Shown: piece by piece, positions 20,014 through 29,976 of the stretch | Numbering within the stretch: position 1 is the stretch's first letter | How the letters are laid out: every line of letters starts with the position of its first letter | Assembly: GCA_050250855.1 (NCBI GenBank) | Contig: JBFWNW010000002.1 | Span: 1-64,000 of the forward strand | From: Candidatus Babeliales bacterium | GTDB lineage: Bacteria > Babelota > Babeliae > Babelales > JACPOV01 | DNA: 64,000 nt | Direction: 5' to 3' | Notes under the pieces: model-generated | What the model was told of the DNA's origin: nothing | Database searches by the model: none | What the model saw: only the letters and a program-made list of their open reading frames with translations | Position numbers and translations under genes: made by a program

Positions 20014-20138
20014 TTAAGCTTCTTTCTAGTATTCATAGAAAATTTGATTTCTGCTGCAAAACCTGCTAAAAATCGTAACTGATTATTAAATGTTTTGCCT
20101 ATGTAATTTGTTCTTCCAACCGGAGATCGGAGAGTTTC

Positions 20139-21017
20139 ATGATCAATTTTTTAAAATATCGTTATGTCTGCGCCTTTTTTTCTTTTGCTATGATGGCTAC
20201 TTTTTTTGGCGGTTTTTTCTATAAAAGAGCTACCAAGGGGCAAGCTTTTGATTATAGTGTAGAGTTTACTGGCGGCACGCAGGTCCTTTTGGGCTTTGAA
20301 AAACCTATAAAAAGCTCAGAAGTTATTGATATTTTAGAAAAAAATGGTTGGTCTGGAGCTGTAACACGAGAATTTGGACCTAAAGAGATATTGATCCGCG
20401 TAAAAGAATTCTCAAATGATGTTACCGGTCTTGCTGATCGTATTAAAAAAAGCATGGAAAAAGAAATAAATAGTACCGTAAAAGTACTGCAAACAGACAG
20501 CATAGGTCAAGGTGTTGGAGAATCTCTTGCCTGGAACTCTATGAAAGCGATAATTATAGGCCTTATTTTAATGCTTTTTTATATCGCTTTTCGCTTCTGG
20601 TCTGTTGGGTATGCTCTTGGTGCCGTTATAGCACTTTTTCACGATGCTATTGCAATTTTGCTTTATTTCATGCTTTTTGATAAAGAAATATCATCAAACG
20701 TAATTAGTGCTATTTTAGCGGTTTTGGGTTACTCAATTAACGATACAATCGTTATTTTTACGCAAATTAGGGAAAATTTGAAAACGATGAGAACGCTGCC
20801 GATTGAGCAGGTTATTAATATAAGCTTAACGCAAACCTTGCGAAGAACTATACTAACGAGCTTATCAACAGCGCTTATTGTTGTATCTTTGATAGTTTTA
20901 GGTGGAGAAGCATTGCGTGATCTATCAACGGCATTGTTGATAGGTATAATTTTTGGAACATATTCTTCCATTTATATAGCAACTACTGTCATGTTAATGT
21001 TCTATAAAGAAAAATAA
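20139..21017 (+). CDS. secF: Protein translocase subunit SecF
   Basis: EFTGGT, ALFHD, GYSINDTIV, IREN, GTYSSIYIA. Confidence 0.95.
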   Translation: MINFLKYRYVCAFFSFAMMATFFGGFFYKRATKGQAFDYSVEFTGGTQVLLGFEKPIKSSEVIDILEKNGWSGAVTREFGPKEILIRVKEFSNDVTGLADRIKKSMEKEINSTVKVLQTDSIGQGVGESLAWNSMKAIIIGLILMLFYIAFRFWSVGYALGAVIALFHDAIAILLYFMLFDKEISSNVISAILAVLGYSINDTIVIFTQIRENLKTMRTLPIEQVINISLTQTLRRTILTSLSTALIVVSLIVLGGEALRDLSTALLIGIIFGTYSSIYIATTVMLMFYKEK

Positions 21018-21079
21018 TAATTGCAAAAAAAGCAAAAAACTCTTGCAAATGTTATTTCTGTTGTACTATCCTATGAATA

Positions 21080-21184
21080 TAGGGTGTATGCTCAATACCT
21101 GCAAAACAGGTAACGATCTTTTCAGTAAAAGAATATTCTTTTAACTACACCTAAAATGCAGATTAACGTAAGAAGATGCTGCAT
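21080..21184 (+). promoter_or_regulatory. Candidate structured 5' leader of rho
   Basis: GGTGTA(21083-88)/TACACC(21146-51) encloses hairpin TACCTG-CAAAA-CAGGTA and perfect palindrome TAAAAGAATATTCTTTTA(21126-43); second stem ATGCAG/CTGCAT; -10-like TACTAT at 21064. Confidence 0.4.
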
Positions 21185-21280
21185 ATTTCCTCCAGTATTT
21201 TATTCAAAAAAGTGAACCATATATAAGAAATTCGAATATTTTTAGCTTTTCATTCTATCTTTCATAGGAGCATTGTTTTT

Positions 21281-22582
21281 ATGACCATTGAAGAACTCAA
21301 ACAGATGAATCTTCCTGAATTAAATATTCAGGCACGAAGGCTTGGCGTTGTAGGATCTAGTCTTATGACCAAGGAAGAACTCATTAAAAAAATTCTTGAA
21401 TTACAAGAAAATCCAGACAAAGAAATTCATGTTGAAGGAGTCTTAGAAAAACTACCTGATGGCTTTGGTTTTTTACGTTCAAATAAATTTGATTATGTTG
21501 CTGGGCCTGATGATATTTATGTTTCTCCATCACAAATCAGACGCTTTGGGCTAAAAACAGGTGATACCGTAAAAGGGGTCATTCGCAAGCCAAAAGAGGG
21601 AGAAAAATATTTTGCTCTTTTAAAAATAGATGATGTAAATGGCATTGATCCTGCAAAAATAAGCGATCGCCTTATTTTTGATCGACTTACTCCTTTGCAC
21701 CCTGATAAAAAATTTACGCTCGAAGCAAGCCCTACTTTCATTTCTACCCGACTTATGGATATTTTCACACCAATCGGTAAAGGACAACGTGGTCTTATTG
21801 TAGCGCCACCAAAGGCCGGGAAAACTGTGCTTCTAAAAGAAATTGCTCAAAGCATTTTGGCAAATCACCCAGAAGTATATCTCATTGTTCTTCTTGTTGA
21901 TGAGCGACCAGAAGAGGTTGCTGATATGCGCCGTACTATTAAAGGTAAACATGCTGAGGTTATCAGCTCTACCTTTGATGAAGCTGCAGAGCGCCATGTA
22001 CAAGTAGCGGAAATTGTTTTAGAAAAAGCAAAACGTCTTGTAGAAAATGGACAAGATGTTGTCATTCTCTTAGATTCCATTACTCGTTTGGCACGTGCTT
22101 ACAATACCGTAATGCCTGCATCTGGAAAAGTATTGACTGGTGGTATTGATGCAAATGCACTCCAAAGGCCAAAACGTTTCTTTGGTGCTGCACGTAATAC
22201 TGAAGAAGCTGGCTCATTAACCATTATTGGTACTGCTCTTATTGAAACTGGTTCACGTATGGACGAAGTTATCTATGAAGAGTTTAAAGGTACTGGTAAT
22301 ATGGAACTTCATATGAGCAGAAAACTTTCAAATCGTCGCTTATTTCCAGCGCTTGATCTTCTTATTTCAGGAACACGTCGTGAAGAACTTCTTCTTCCTG
22401 AAGATGAACTTAATAAATCATGGATTCTCCGTAAATTTTTGTCTACGATGAATACTATTGAAGGCATGGAATTCTTAATTGATAAAATGAAAAAACATAA
22501 AACTAATATCGAGTTTTTTGAATCAATCCAGAAAAAAGCAAGTTCAGCTGGCAGCTCTGGTAATGGCAACGGTAATCATTAG
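21281..22582 (+). CDS. rho: Transcription termination factor Rho
   Basis: [54 protein letters not shown]. Confidence 0.98.
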   Translation: MTIEELKQMNLPELNIQARRLGVVGSSLMTKEELIKKILELQENPDKEIHVEGVLEKLPDGFGFLRSNKFDYVAGPDDIYVSPSQIRRFGLKTGDTVKGVIRKPKEGEKYFALLKIDDVNGIDPAKISDRLIFDRLTPLHPDKKFTLEASPTFISTRLMDIFTPIGKGQRGLIVAPPKAGKTVLLKEIAQSILANHPEVYLIVLLVDERPEEVADMRRTIKGKHAEVISSTFDEAAERHVQVAEIVLEKAKRLVENGQDVVILLDSITRLARAYNTVMPASGKVLTGGIDANALQRPKRFFGAARNTEEAGSLTIIGTALIETGSRMDEVIYEEFKGTGNMELHMSRKLSNRRLFPALDLLISGTRREELLLPEDELNKSWILRKFLSTMNTIEGMEFLIDKMKKHKTNIEFFESIQKKASSAGSSGNGNGNH

Positions 22583-22656
22583 TATTACTTCATGATAAAA
22601 AATCAAAAATATGACATATTATAAAGCAAGATAAAACTACATGAGCGGAGAAAATA

Positions 22657-24111
22657 ATGTCTGAAAATACCTCAGTATTAGAAAGATACCCTGACTATGA
22701 AGTTGTCATTGGTATGGAAGTCCATGTTCAGTTAGCAACTAAAAGTAAAATTTTTTGTTTATGCTCTAATGAAGTAACAAAGGACCCAAATAAAAATATT
22801 TGCCAAATTTGTACTGGGCAACCAGGTGTTCTTCCTGTATTGAATAAGAAAGTTGTTGATTATGCTATTATGGCAGGACTGGCAACAAACTGTTCAATAA
22901 CGCAACTCTCAGAATTTGATCGTAAGCATTATTTTTATCCTGATCTTCCAAAAGGTTATCAGATTACCCAAAATGATAAACCTATTTGCACCGAAGGTTT
23001 TATTACCATTCGCTTAGAAGATGGTAGTAAAAAAAATATCCGCTTAAACCGTATTCATATGGAAGAAGATGCAGGTAAAAATATTCATGCAACAGAGCAA
23101 GAAAGTTTTGTTGATTTGAATCGTGCAGGAACACCCCTTCTTGAAATAGTAAGTTATCCTGATATTTCTAGCGCTTATGAAGTGCGTGCTTATTTGAAAA
23201 ATCTTCGCTCCATTGTACAATATTTGCATATTTGCTCTGGCAATATGGAAGAAGGTGCTTTCCGTGCGGATACTAATATTTCTGTGCGCAAAAAGGGAGA
23301 AAAAAAATTAGGCACTAAAGTTGAACTTAAAAATATTAATTCATTTAAGTTTATTAGCGATGCTGTTGAATATGAAATTGAACGTCAAATAACAGCCCTG
23401 CAAGAAGGTGAAGCTATCAAACAAGAAACACGTCTTTGGGATACTAAAAATCGTGTTACTGTTGTTATGCGTACCAAAGAAGAACTTGCAGACTATCGTT
23501 ATTTTAAAGAACCAGATTTGCCGCTTATTGAAGTAAATCATGAATTGATAAGTCGCGCCAAAGAAATGTTACCTGAACTTCCTGATCAAAAATTTGAACG
23601 ATTCATGCAAAAAGGTCTCTCTGCTTATGAAGCTGCTATTTTAGTTGAAGATCTTGACCTTGCAAACTATTTTGATGAAGCTTCACAGCATAGCTCCAGT
23701 AAACATTTAATTAATTGGATTTTACGCGATGTTATGGGATATTTAAAAGAAGAAAAAATTCCTCTTGCAAGCTTTAAAGTAACCCCTGAAAAGTTAGCTC
23801 AAATTGTTGCACTAATAGATAAGGGAACCGTTAATAATCAAGCAGCACGAGAAGTTTTTGAAACTGTTGCACAAAAAGGTGCAAACCCTGCTGATATTGT
23901 TAAAGAAAAAGGGCTTGAACAAATTGGCTCTTCAGAAGAGCTAGAAGCTATTGTTCTTGCAATTATTAAAGAAAATCCTGACAGTGTTGCACAGTATAAA
24001 GCTGGAAAAGATAAACTTTTTGGCTTCTTTGTTGGCCAAGCTATGCAAAAAACTAAGGGAAAAGGAAATCCTCAGATATTGCAAGAATTGCTTAAAAAGC
24101 ATTTGAGTTAA
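22657..24111 (+). CDS. gatB: Asp/Glu-tRNA amidotransferase subunit B
   Basis: IGMEVHVQL, DRKHYFYPDLPKGYQITQ, EEDAGK, DLNRAGTPLLEIV, YRYFKEPDL. Confidence 0.97.
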   Translation: MSENTSVLERYPDYEVVIGMEVHVQLATKSKIFCLCSNEVTKDPNKNICQICTGQPGVLPVLNKKVVDYAIMAGLATNCSITQLSEFDRKHYFYPDLPKGYQITQNDKPICTEGFITIRLEDGSKKNIRLNRIHMEEDAGKNIHATEQESFVDLNRAGTPLLEIVSYPDISSAYEVRAYLKNLRSIVQYLHICSGNMEEGAFRADTNISVRKKGEKKLGTKVELKNINSFKFISDAVEYEIERQITALQEGEAIKQETRLWDTKNRVTVVMRTKEELADYRYFKEPDLPLIEVNHELISRAKEMLPELPDQKFERFMQKGLSAYEAAILVEDLDLANYFDEASQHSSSKHLINWILRDVMGYLKEEKIPLASFKVTPEKLAQIVALIDKGTVNNQAAREVFETVAQKGANPADIVKEKGLEQIGSSEELEAIVLAIIKENPDSVAQYKAGKDKLFGFFVGQAMQKTKGKGNPQILQELLKKHLS

Positions 24112-24151
24112 CGTAATTTTTTCAATGCTGTTGTGCTAAAATTTATATATG

Positions 24152-24314
24152 CCGTTCGTGGTGAGGAGCAAACTTATTTTTAGTTTGCGTCTCGAACCAT
24201 AACGGCAAACCTATTAAAAATAGATAAAAAAATATAATTTTAATTTTGAGTTCAAATGGTTCGAGACGTCCTAGGCTTCGTCAGCAGACTCGCCGGACTC
24301 CTCACCACGAACGG
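24152..24314. repeat. REP-like/MITE-like palindromic element, copy 1
   Basis: Arms CCGTTCGTGGTGAGGAG[insert]CGTCTCGAACCAT and ATGGTTCGAGACG[insert]CTCCTCACCACGAACGG are perfect inverted repeats around an AT-rich spacer. Confidence 0.85.
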
Positions 24315-24352
24315 AATTTAGTAATTGCAAAAACAACATTGGGACTAAATCT

Positions 24353-25069
24353 ATGAAAACATTCATAATTTTTATAAGGGCATGCCTATTTTTTACACCA
24401 ATAATAGCATCTGAAAAATCGATTCATATTATTGGAGATAGTCATGCCTCTTTCTGTTTTACTCATCAAAAACCTGTTGCAACCGCTCACGAAAAATATG
24501 ACCTAAAAATAGGTAATGATATTTTTCATCTCAACGTATTCTGGCTTGTAGGCAGAACTATGTTTCGCATAGGGCGAGATGGGGTTAAAGGTATAAATTT
24601 AAGGGGTAACCATTTTATAAAAGATGGTGATATTGTGGTTTTTTGTTTTGGAGAAATTGATGTCCGTTGCCATATAGGAAAACAACAGAAACAATTTGGT
24701 AGATCCATTCAAGAAATTATAGAAAGTTTAGCGCTACATTACATTCATACCATAAAAAAAACCCAAAAACTTTATAACAATTTAACGTGTATAGTTTTTA
24801 ATGTCATTCCACCAATTTTTATTGAAAATAACCCTGAATACCCAACCGTTTCTAGTTTAGAAGAACGAATTGTATACACAAAAATGCTCAATGCTGCATT
24901 AGCAGATCTTTGCAAAAAAACAGACCTCCTATTTCTTGATGTATACGATGATTTTTCTCTTCCTTCTGGTTCTCTTGACCCTCGCTTTTCTGACGGGAAT
25001 ATTCATATTGCACCTGAATACAACCGATCTATCAAAACAAAATTATTTGAAATGATAGCTTTTCATTAA
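24353..25069 (+). CDS. SGNH/GDSL-like hydrolase with signal-like N-terminus
   Basis: IIGDSHA block I, FGEIDVRCH, C-terminal DGNIH. Confidence 0.75.
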   Translation: MKTFIIFIRACLFFTPIIASEKSIHIIGDSHASFCFTHQKPVATAHEKYDLKIGNDIFHLNVFWLVGRTMFRIGRDGVKGINLRGNHFIKDGDIVVFCFGEIDVRCHIGKQQKQFGRSIQEIIESLALHYIHTIKKTQKLYNNLTCIVFNVIPPIFIENNPEYPTVSSLEERIVYTKMLNAALADLCKKTDLLFLDVYDDFSLPSGSLDPRFSDGNIHIAPEYNRSIKTKLFEMIAFH

Positions 25070-25130
25070 TTCTATTGCATCCAAATAGTCCCATTTATTA
25101 GAATAAATACAGAAAAATAAGGAGATACCT

Positions 25131-25358
25131 ATGAAATTTTTTAAAAAAGATGCCCCTTTTGGTTCCCATGAAAAAAATGAAAATAGAACCATTCTTTCAA
25201 AAGTTCATGAACGCGTTGGCCATTTACGCAGAAAATTATCCCGCGGTGCTGCTAATATTTTTCGCATGATAAAATCCCGCAATCATTGGGGTAATAAACA
25301 ACTCTGGGGCTCTCATGAAAAAGGCCGTAATAAATCTGGCCATAAACCACCTAAATAG
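25131..25358 (+). CDS. Small basic hypothetical protein
   Basis: 75 aa, AAGGAG RBS, fills the gap between genes, duplicated [FW]GSHEK motif. Confidence 0.6.
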   Translation: MKFFKKDAPFGSHEKNENRTILSKVHERVGHLRRKLSRGAANIFRMIKSRNHWGNKQLWGSHEKGRNKSGHKPPK

Positions 25359-25364
25359 TTTTTA

Positions 25365-26201
25365 TTACTCACTGATTTCTGCTTTTGCATTAGTATTTTG
25401 CTCAGCGTCGTTAAGTTCAGAAGATGATGTCTGCTGAGCGCATATGCGGTTTATATCTTTTAATGAAGTTGTACGTTCTTGAGGCTTCTTAAAATTAGAA
25501 TTAGCTTCTAAGAGCTGATCAATTTTTTGTTCCACTACTTTACTTTTCTCAAGCAGTCTTGTTATAAATTCTCTTTTAGCCTTAATAAGCTCCAGTTCAA
25601 GCTTTGCTTGACCATATGCTGCATGAGAACCTGCATTTTCCCAAGCATTTTTAATATTATAAGCTCCAAGTAAAATAAGACCTAAATCAGTATAAATATT
25701 AAAACCTGTTGTAACGTGTTCAGAATCATCTTCATTTTCGCTAAATGAAACAAAATCAAAAATACCTTTACCAATACCAGATAAAACGCTAATTCCTCCC
25801 GCAATAAGCTGATTTCTTCTTCCTGTATTACCCGACCAAGTCAAGTTCTTCTTAGCTCCTTCAAGATTTTCTTCTGCTTGCTTTTCTGCTGTAGAAAAAA
25901 AATCATCCATTATATCTTTTCCTGATTTGCTACCAGTACTACTGTCGCTACTCTTATTACGCGCAATAGATTGCTGGTAAGTCATAAATTCAGAGGTGTG
26001 ATCAGAAATCTGCTGTAAAAGATCTGATAAATTTATATGATTCTTTTTTCTGTCTTCTAAGTATTGCTTTATATCATGCTGAGCATTTAAAACTTTCATA
26101 TGGTTTGGCAGAATGGAACTACGTTCTCTTGTTTTTTCTGGTTCCATACAAAAAATATGAGAAAAAATAACAAAACCTAAAAAAATAATCTTACTTTTCA
26201 C
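25365..26201 (-). CDS. Hypothetical exported protein with coiled-coil and hydrophobic hairpin
   Basis: GTG start with GGGAG RBS; signal-like MKSKIIFLGFVIFSHIFC followed by MEPE. Confidence 0.75.
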   Translation of the reverse strand: MKSKIIFLGFVIFSHIFCMEPEKTRERSSILPNHMKVLNAQHDIKQYLEDRKKNHINLSDLLQQISDHTSEFMTYQQSIARNKSSDSSTGSKSGKDIMDDFFSTAEKQAEENLEGAKKNLTWSGNTGRRNQLIAGGISVLSGIGKGIFDFVSFSENEDDSEHVTTGFNIYTDLGLILLGAYNIKNAWENAGSHAAYGQAKLELELIKAKREFITRLLEKSKVVEQKIDQLLEANSNFKKPQERTTSLKDINRICAQQTSSSELNDAEQNTNAKAEISE

Positions 26202-26302
26202 GGTACTCCCCTTTTTCTTTTAACAAGCATTCTTCTTTATAATAAAGTTTGGCATCAAAAGAAAGCAAGGAAATTTACAATAAAATCAATTTATTATTTC
26301 TA

Positions 26303-27121
26303 TTAAGCTATTTTATAAAGATCATTTTTTCTATGCAAAAAACCTTCTGCGCATAAATCATCAAGTATTTTTTGTATACGATCTTCTTTTCGATCAATAA
26401 GACCTATAAAATCATGATATGAAGCTATTTTTGCTTGAGTAAGAATTTTTAAGATCATGCCGCGAATTTGGCGATCTGATCCTTCAAATTTACTTTGAAC
26501 CGTGTGATGTTTACTTCTTCTGCTGGGATTAGGTATATTTTTTTTGAGCATAACGCCATAATCCATCAATGCGTAATACCACAAGCGCGGTCTTTCTTGG
26601 TCTACCGTGCGCTCAACTAAAGGAAAAAGTTCTTTGTCATGAACATCTGCTCTGTTATGAAAAAAGAACTGTATAAAAACCGTACGAATATTTGTTTCTA
26701 TAAACGTTGTAGGTTTATTAAAAGCAAAAGCACAAATGGAAGCAGCTGTTGCTTTACCAATACCAGGAAATGTTACCAAAATTTCAGGATCATTGGGCAA
26801 CATGCCATTATATTCATGCACTACTTTTTGGGCTGTTTTTTGAAGTGCCATGGCACGGCGATTGTACCCAAGTCCCTGCCAAGCAGCAAGAACATCATGC
26901 AATTGAGCTTGCGCAAGAGCTTGAAAAGTAGGAAAAAGAGTTATAAATTGCTCAAATTTACCGGCAACACGATGCGTCTGCGTTTGTTGTAGCATAATTT
27001 CAGAAACAACAATATGATACGGCTCTGCAGTTTGGCGCCAAGAAAATTGACGCCCATGTGCATTAAAATAGTCCCAAATTATAGACTTAAATTCTTGAAT
27101 ATTATTCTGCTTTAAGCTCAT
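26303..27121 (-). CDS. A/G-specific adenine glycosylase, MutY-like HhH-GPD, no Fe-S cysteines
   Basis: VSEIMLQQT, WQGLGYNRRA, PGIGKATA, ETNIRT, ALMDYG. Confidence 0.88.
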   Translation of the reverse strand: MSLKQNNIQEFKSIIWDYFNAHGRQFSWRQTAEPYHIVVSEIMLQQTQTHRVAGKFEQFITLFPTFQALAQAQLHDVLAAWQGLGYNRRAMALQKTAQKVVHEYNGMLPNDPEILVTFPGIGKATAASICAFAFNKPTTFIETNIRTVFIQFFFHNRADVHDKELFPLVERTVDQERPRLWYYALMDYGVMLKKNIPNPSRRSKHHTVQSKFEGSDRQIRGMILKILTQAKIASYHDFIGLIDRKEDRIQKILDDLCAEGFLHRKNDLYKIA

Positions 27122-27419
27122 TGCTCAACCATTCAAAGTAATCTTTATTACAGCTACCATCAATTTGTACTATGCACGGCGTTTTATAGGGGTGAATAGC
27201 TTTAATTTCTTCCTCTAAGCGTATTGCAACTTGTGGCAACGTTTTTGCAATAACAACACATTCACCCTCATGAACAATTGAACCACTATCCCAATAAAAA
27301 CTTTGTATAGGAAAAATATTAGCACAACCTATAAGATATTTTTTGAGTAAAGCTTTGACAAGATTTTCTGCAGCTTGCTGTGATTCATTCGTAATATAAA
27401 AGATTTTTAATCTATACAT
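27102..27419 (-). CDS. cutA: Divalent-cation tolerance protein CutA
   Basis: LIGCANI, SFYW, HPYKTPCI, YFEWL. Confidence 0.9.
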   Translation of the reverse strand: MYRLKIFYITNESQQAAENLVKALLKKYLIGCANIFPIQSFYWDSGSIVHEGECVVIAKTLPQVAIRLEEEIKAIHPYKTPCIVQIDGSCNKDYFEWLSNELKAE

Positions 27420-27485
27420 ATGTTAAATACCTGCTATCATTATGTAAAATTTTAATAGTATATAGTATAAACAAGAAGGAATCTT

Positions 27486-27857
27486 GTGAAAAATTTTTAT
27501 TCACTATTTTTTTTAGCAATTTTTACACTATCTATTCAGGCAATGGATAGTAGTAGTAAAGATGATGATATAAAAGACCTTATACACAAATGTTTTTTAT
27601 ATGCATGCTCTCTAGAAATAGATGGTTCACGAGAACAAACAAGCAAACCTTCAGATTGGCCATTTTACTGGGCACTTTATACAAAAAAAGACACAAAAAA
27701 AATGCTTGTTGTACTTGATTGCCTAACGAGAAAACAAGAAGCTTACCCCTTATCGAGTCAAGAAAAAGAAAAGCTAGAAAATAAATTGATTACTTCATTA
27801 CAATTAAATAGAGAAAAAGGTACAATTTCTATGCAATTGGCAGCTCATAAGCATTAA
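27486..27857 (+). CDS. Hypothetical exported protein
   Basis: GTG start, AAGGA RBS, signal-like peptide ending SIQA followed by MD. Confidence 0.7.
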   Translation: MKNFYSLFFLAIFTLSIQAMDSSSKDDDIKDLIHKCFLYACSLEIDGSREQTSKPSDWPFYWALYTKKDTKKMLVVLDCLTRKQEAYPLSSQEKEKLENKLITSLQLNREKGTISMQLAAHKH

Positions 27858-27876
27858 TATTAACTCTTAAGTAATA

Positions 27877-28761
27877 ATGAAAAAATATTTTTTTATAGCT
27901 TTACTCTTCTTTAGCACCCTCTCTAGCATAGAATCAGCTGAACAAACATTTCCGCTAGAGCACCTTCCTTTAAATGTTCAGAACTATCTTTCTCCATTTC
28001 TTGATTGGGAAAGATTTGTAGAAACAGATGAAAAATTAGAAAGGCTCGCAAAAGGATGTACTAGTAAGCTCATTCAAGGGATTTCTACGCACAGTAGCAG
28101 ACCAAGTTTTACCGAACTTGCAACAAATAAATTTAGTATTAAAAGCTTGGAGAATACTATTCTTAATATTTATAATAATAAAGGAAATCTAGGCTTTCAA
28201 TTAAACTCTAAGGAGTTTATTTTTTCTTTTAAAGTAGCTGACCAAGCAGAAATTATATCTTTTAATATATGTCCTCAAGGAAAATTTCTTTGTATTCTTT
28301 TAAAAAATAAAGAATCTAAACAGTTCTTTGAGCAGCTTAATCTAGCAGATCAAACAAGTAAAACATATAACCTTCCAGAAGAACTTCTAGATATATGGGA
28401 GTTTGCAACAGGGGGGAAACAGTATATTGCTCTTGCCACGAACACTGGCATCCATCTTTTGGATATTGCTCATAATAATAAACAACCACCTTATACTACT
28501 CTTGAAGAACATGAAGAGCCAGAACTTCCTTCTTTTAGGCGCCCAGTTATTAAACTAGAATTTAATAAACAAATAACTAAACTGGCGGCCAACTTTTACT
28601 ATGGTGCTTCTAAAAATTATGAATCAACCACAAAAATTATTCCTCTACCACAGACTCAAGAATTCCCAAAAACATTACAAGAATATTTCAGGCTTGCAGG
28701 TATTTGTAAAAATTTAAAGCATGCTGGAACTATTAATAATTCAGAAGACGATCAGAAATAA
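27877..28761 (+). CDS. Hypothetical exported protein with F-box-like and beta-propeller-like segments
   Basis: Signal peptide, then FPLEHLPLNVQNYLSPFL; beta-rich segments (SFNICPQGKFL, IKLEFNKQITKLA). Confidence 0.7.
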   Translation: MKKYFFIALLFFSTLSSIESAEQTFPLEHLPLNVQNYLSPFLDWERFVETDEKLERLAKGCTSKLIQGISTHSSRPSFTELATNKFSIKSLENTILNIYNNKGNLGFQLNSKEFIFSFKVADQAEIISFNICPQGKFLCILLKNKESKQFFEQLNLADQTSKTYNLPEELLDIWEFATGGKQYIALATNTGIHLLDIAHNNKQPPYTTLEEHEEPELPSFRRPVIKLEFNKQITKLAANFYYGASKNYESTTKIIPLPQTQEFPKTLQEYFRLAGICKNLKHAGTINNSEDDQK

Positions 28762-29872
28762 GCAATATCTCTTTGCCCAAATTATGTTTTGGGTACAGTT
28801 CAATAGCTTTTTTGACCGAAAGGCGATAGGTATCGTCTGCTAAATAATGCTCAAGCAAGGGAATTACTTGCGCATATTCTTTTACCACGGCGCCAAATTT
28901 ATGCTCTGTTATAAAGGTATGATTAAATTTTTCCCAACCAAGCAGCGCTCCTACCCCATCAAGCAACATCGGCAAATTCATATAAAGTGCTTCGCAAACA
29001 CTTACTGAACCAGATTTAGTTATAATAAGATCAGAAACTGCCATTAAATCTGCTATATTGTGCGTGAAACCAATAATTGAGCATGAAATATGTGGCGGCA
29101 ACTTAATTGTTTCTAATGCAATACGTAATGATTCGTTTTTACCTAAACAAATAATCATATGTAACGGATTTTTAAATTGAGCACTATGGCGCACATATTG
29201 CACAAGGGCATCAGAACCCATGCCGCCCATTAACAGCATAAGAATTTTTTTGCCTTCAGGGATAGCATACAGTTTCTTTATAGTCTCTATATCTTTGCTT
29301 TCAAAAAAACTCTTTTTTATAGGAAATCCTGCAATCTGAATCTGCTTAGCATTAAAAGGCTTTTTCATCCTTTTCCAGATTAAAACATCATCAAAAGGCA
29401 AGGTAAAAATGGCGTTCATATTTTTATGAAGTTTAAAATATAACGTAAACCAACGCGTATCTAAATCTGTTGGCACAATAATAAAAGGTTTTTTTAGTTT
29501 TTTGGCAACAGCACTCAGAGTACTATTTACTATGGGAATAACTGAAATGATTAAATCTGGATTTACCTTTTTAGTGTACTGCAAAAGTACATAGTACATT
29601 AAAGGTTTTGCAAAAAATGAACAGAGTATGCCAAGGCTAGAAATAAGGTTAATAGAAGAATTATATTTTCGTTTAACAAAAAAATTATACCAATCGTCTA
29701 TGGAGTAGTTACCAAAACTAAGAAAAAAAATAGGATCAACGATTGATAAAACATCTTTAAAGAGACTGACTACCTCAACCTGATGTGAGGCCGATAAATG
29801 ATCTTTAAGTGCCTCAGATGCGGCCATGTGTCCGCCACCTGCATGTACGCTAAAAACAAGAATCTTTCCCAT
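28733..29872 (-). CDS. Second MGDG synthase/UgtP-like glycosyltransferase (GT28)
   Basis: AGGGHMAAS, NPDLIISVIP, PTDLD, GFPIK, ITKSGSVS. Confidence 0.88.
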   Translation of the reverse strand: MGKILVFSVHAGGGHMAASEALKDHLSASHQVEVVSLFKDVLSIVDPIFFLSFGNYSIDDWYNFFVKRKYNSSINLISSLGILCSFFAKPLMYYVLLQYTKKVNPDLIISVIPIVNSTLSAVAKKLKKPFIIVPTDLDTRWFTLYFKLHKNMNAIFTLPFDDVLIWKRMKKPFNAKQIQIAGFPIKKSFFESKDIETIKKLYAIPEGKKILMLLMGGMGSDALVQYVRHSAQFKNPLHMIICLGKNESLRIALETIKLPPHISCSIIGFTHNIADLMAVSDLIITKSGSVSVCEALYMNLPMLLDGVGALLGWEKFNHTFITEHKFGAVVKEYAQVIPLLEHYLADDTYRLSVKKAIELYPKHNLGKEILLISDRLLNY

Positions 29873-29976
29873 ATTCCCCCCGGAAATATGTTGTATCTTG
29901 CCTTAGCGTACCTAAAAAATATAATCAAAAGCTAGAGATTAGTAATTTATATACTCTCACTAATTCTTCTTTCATT

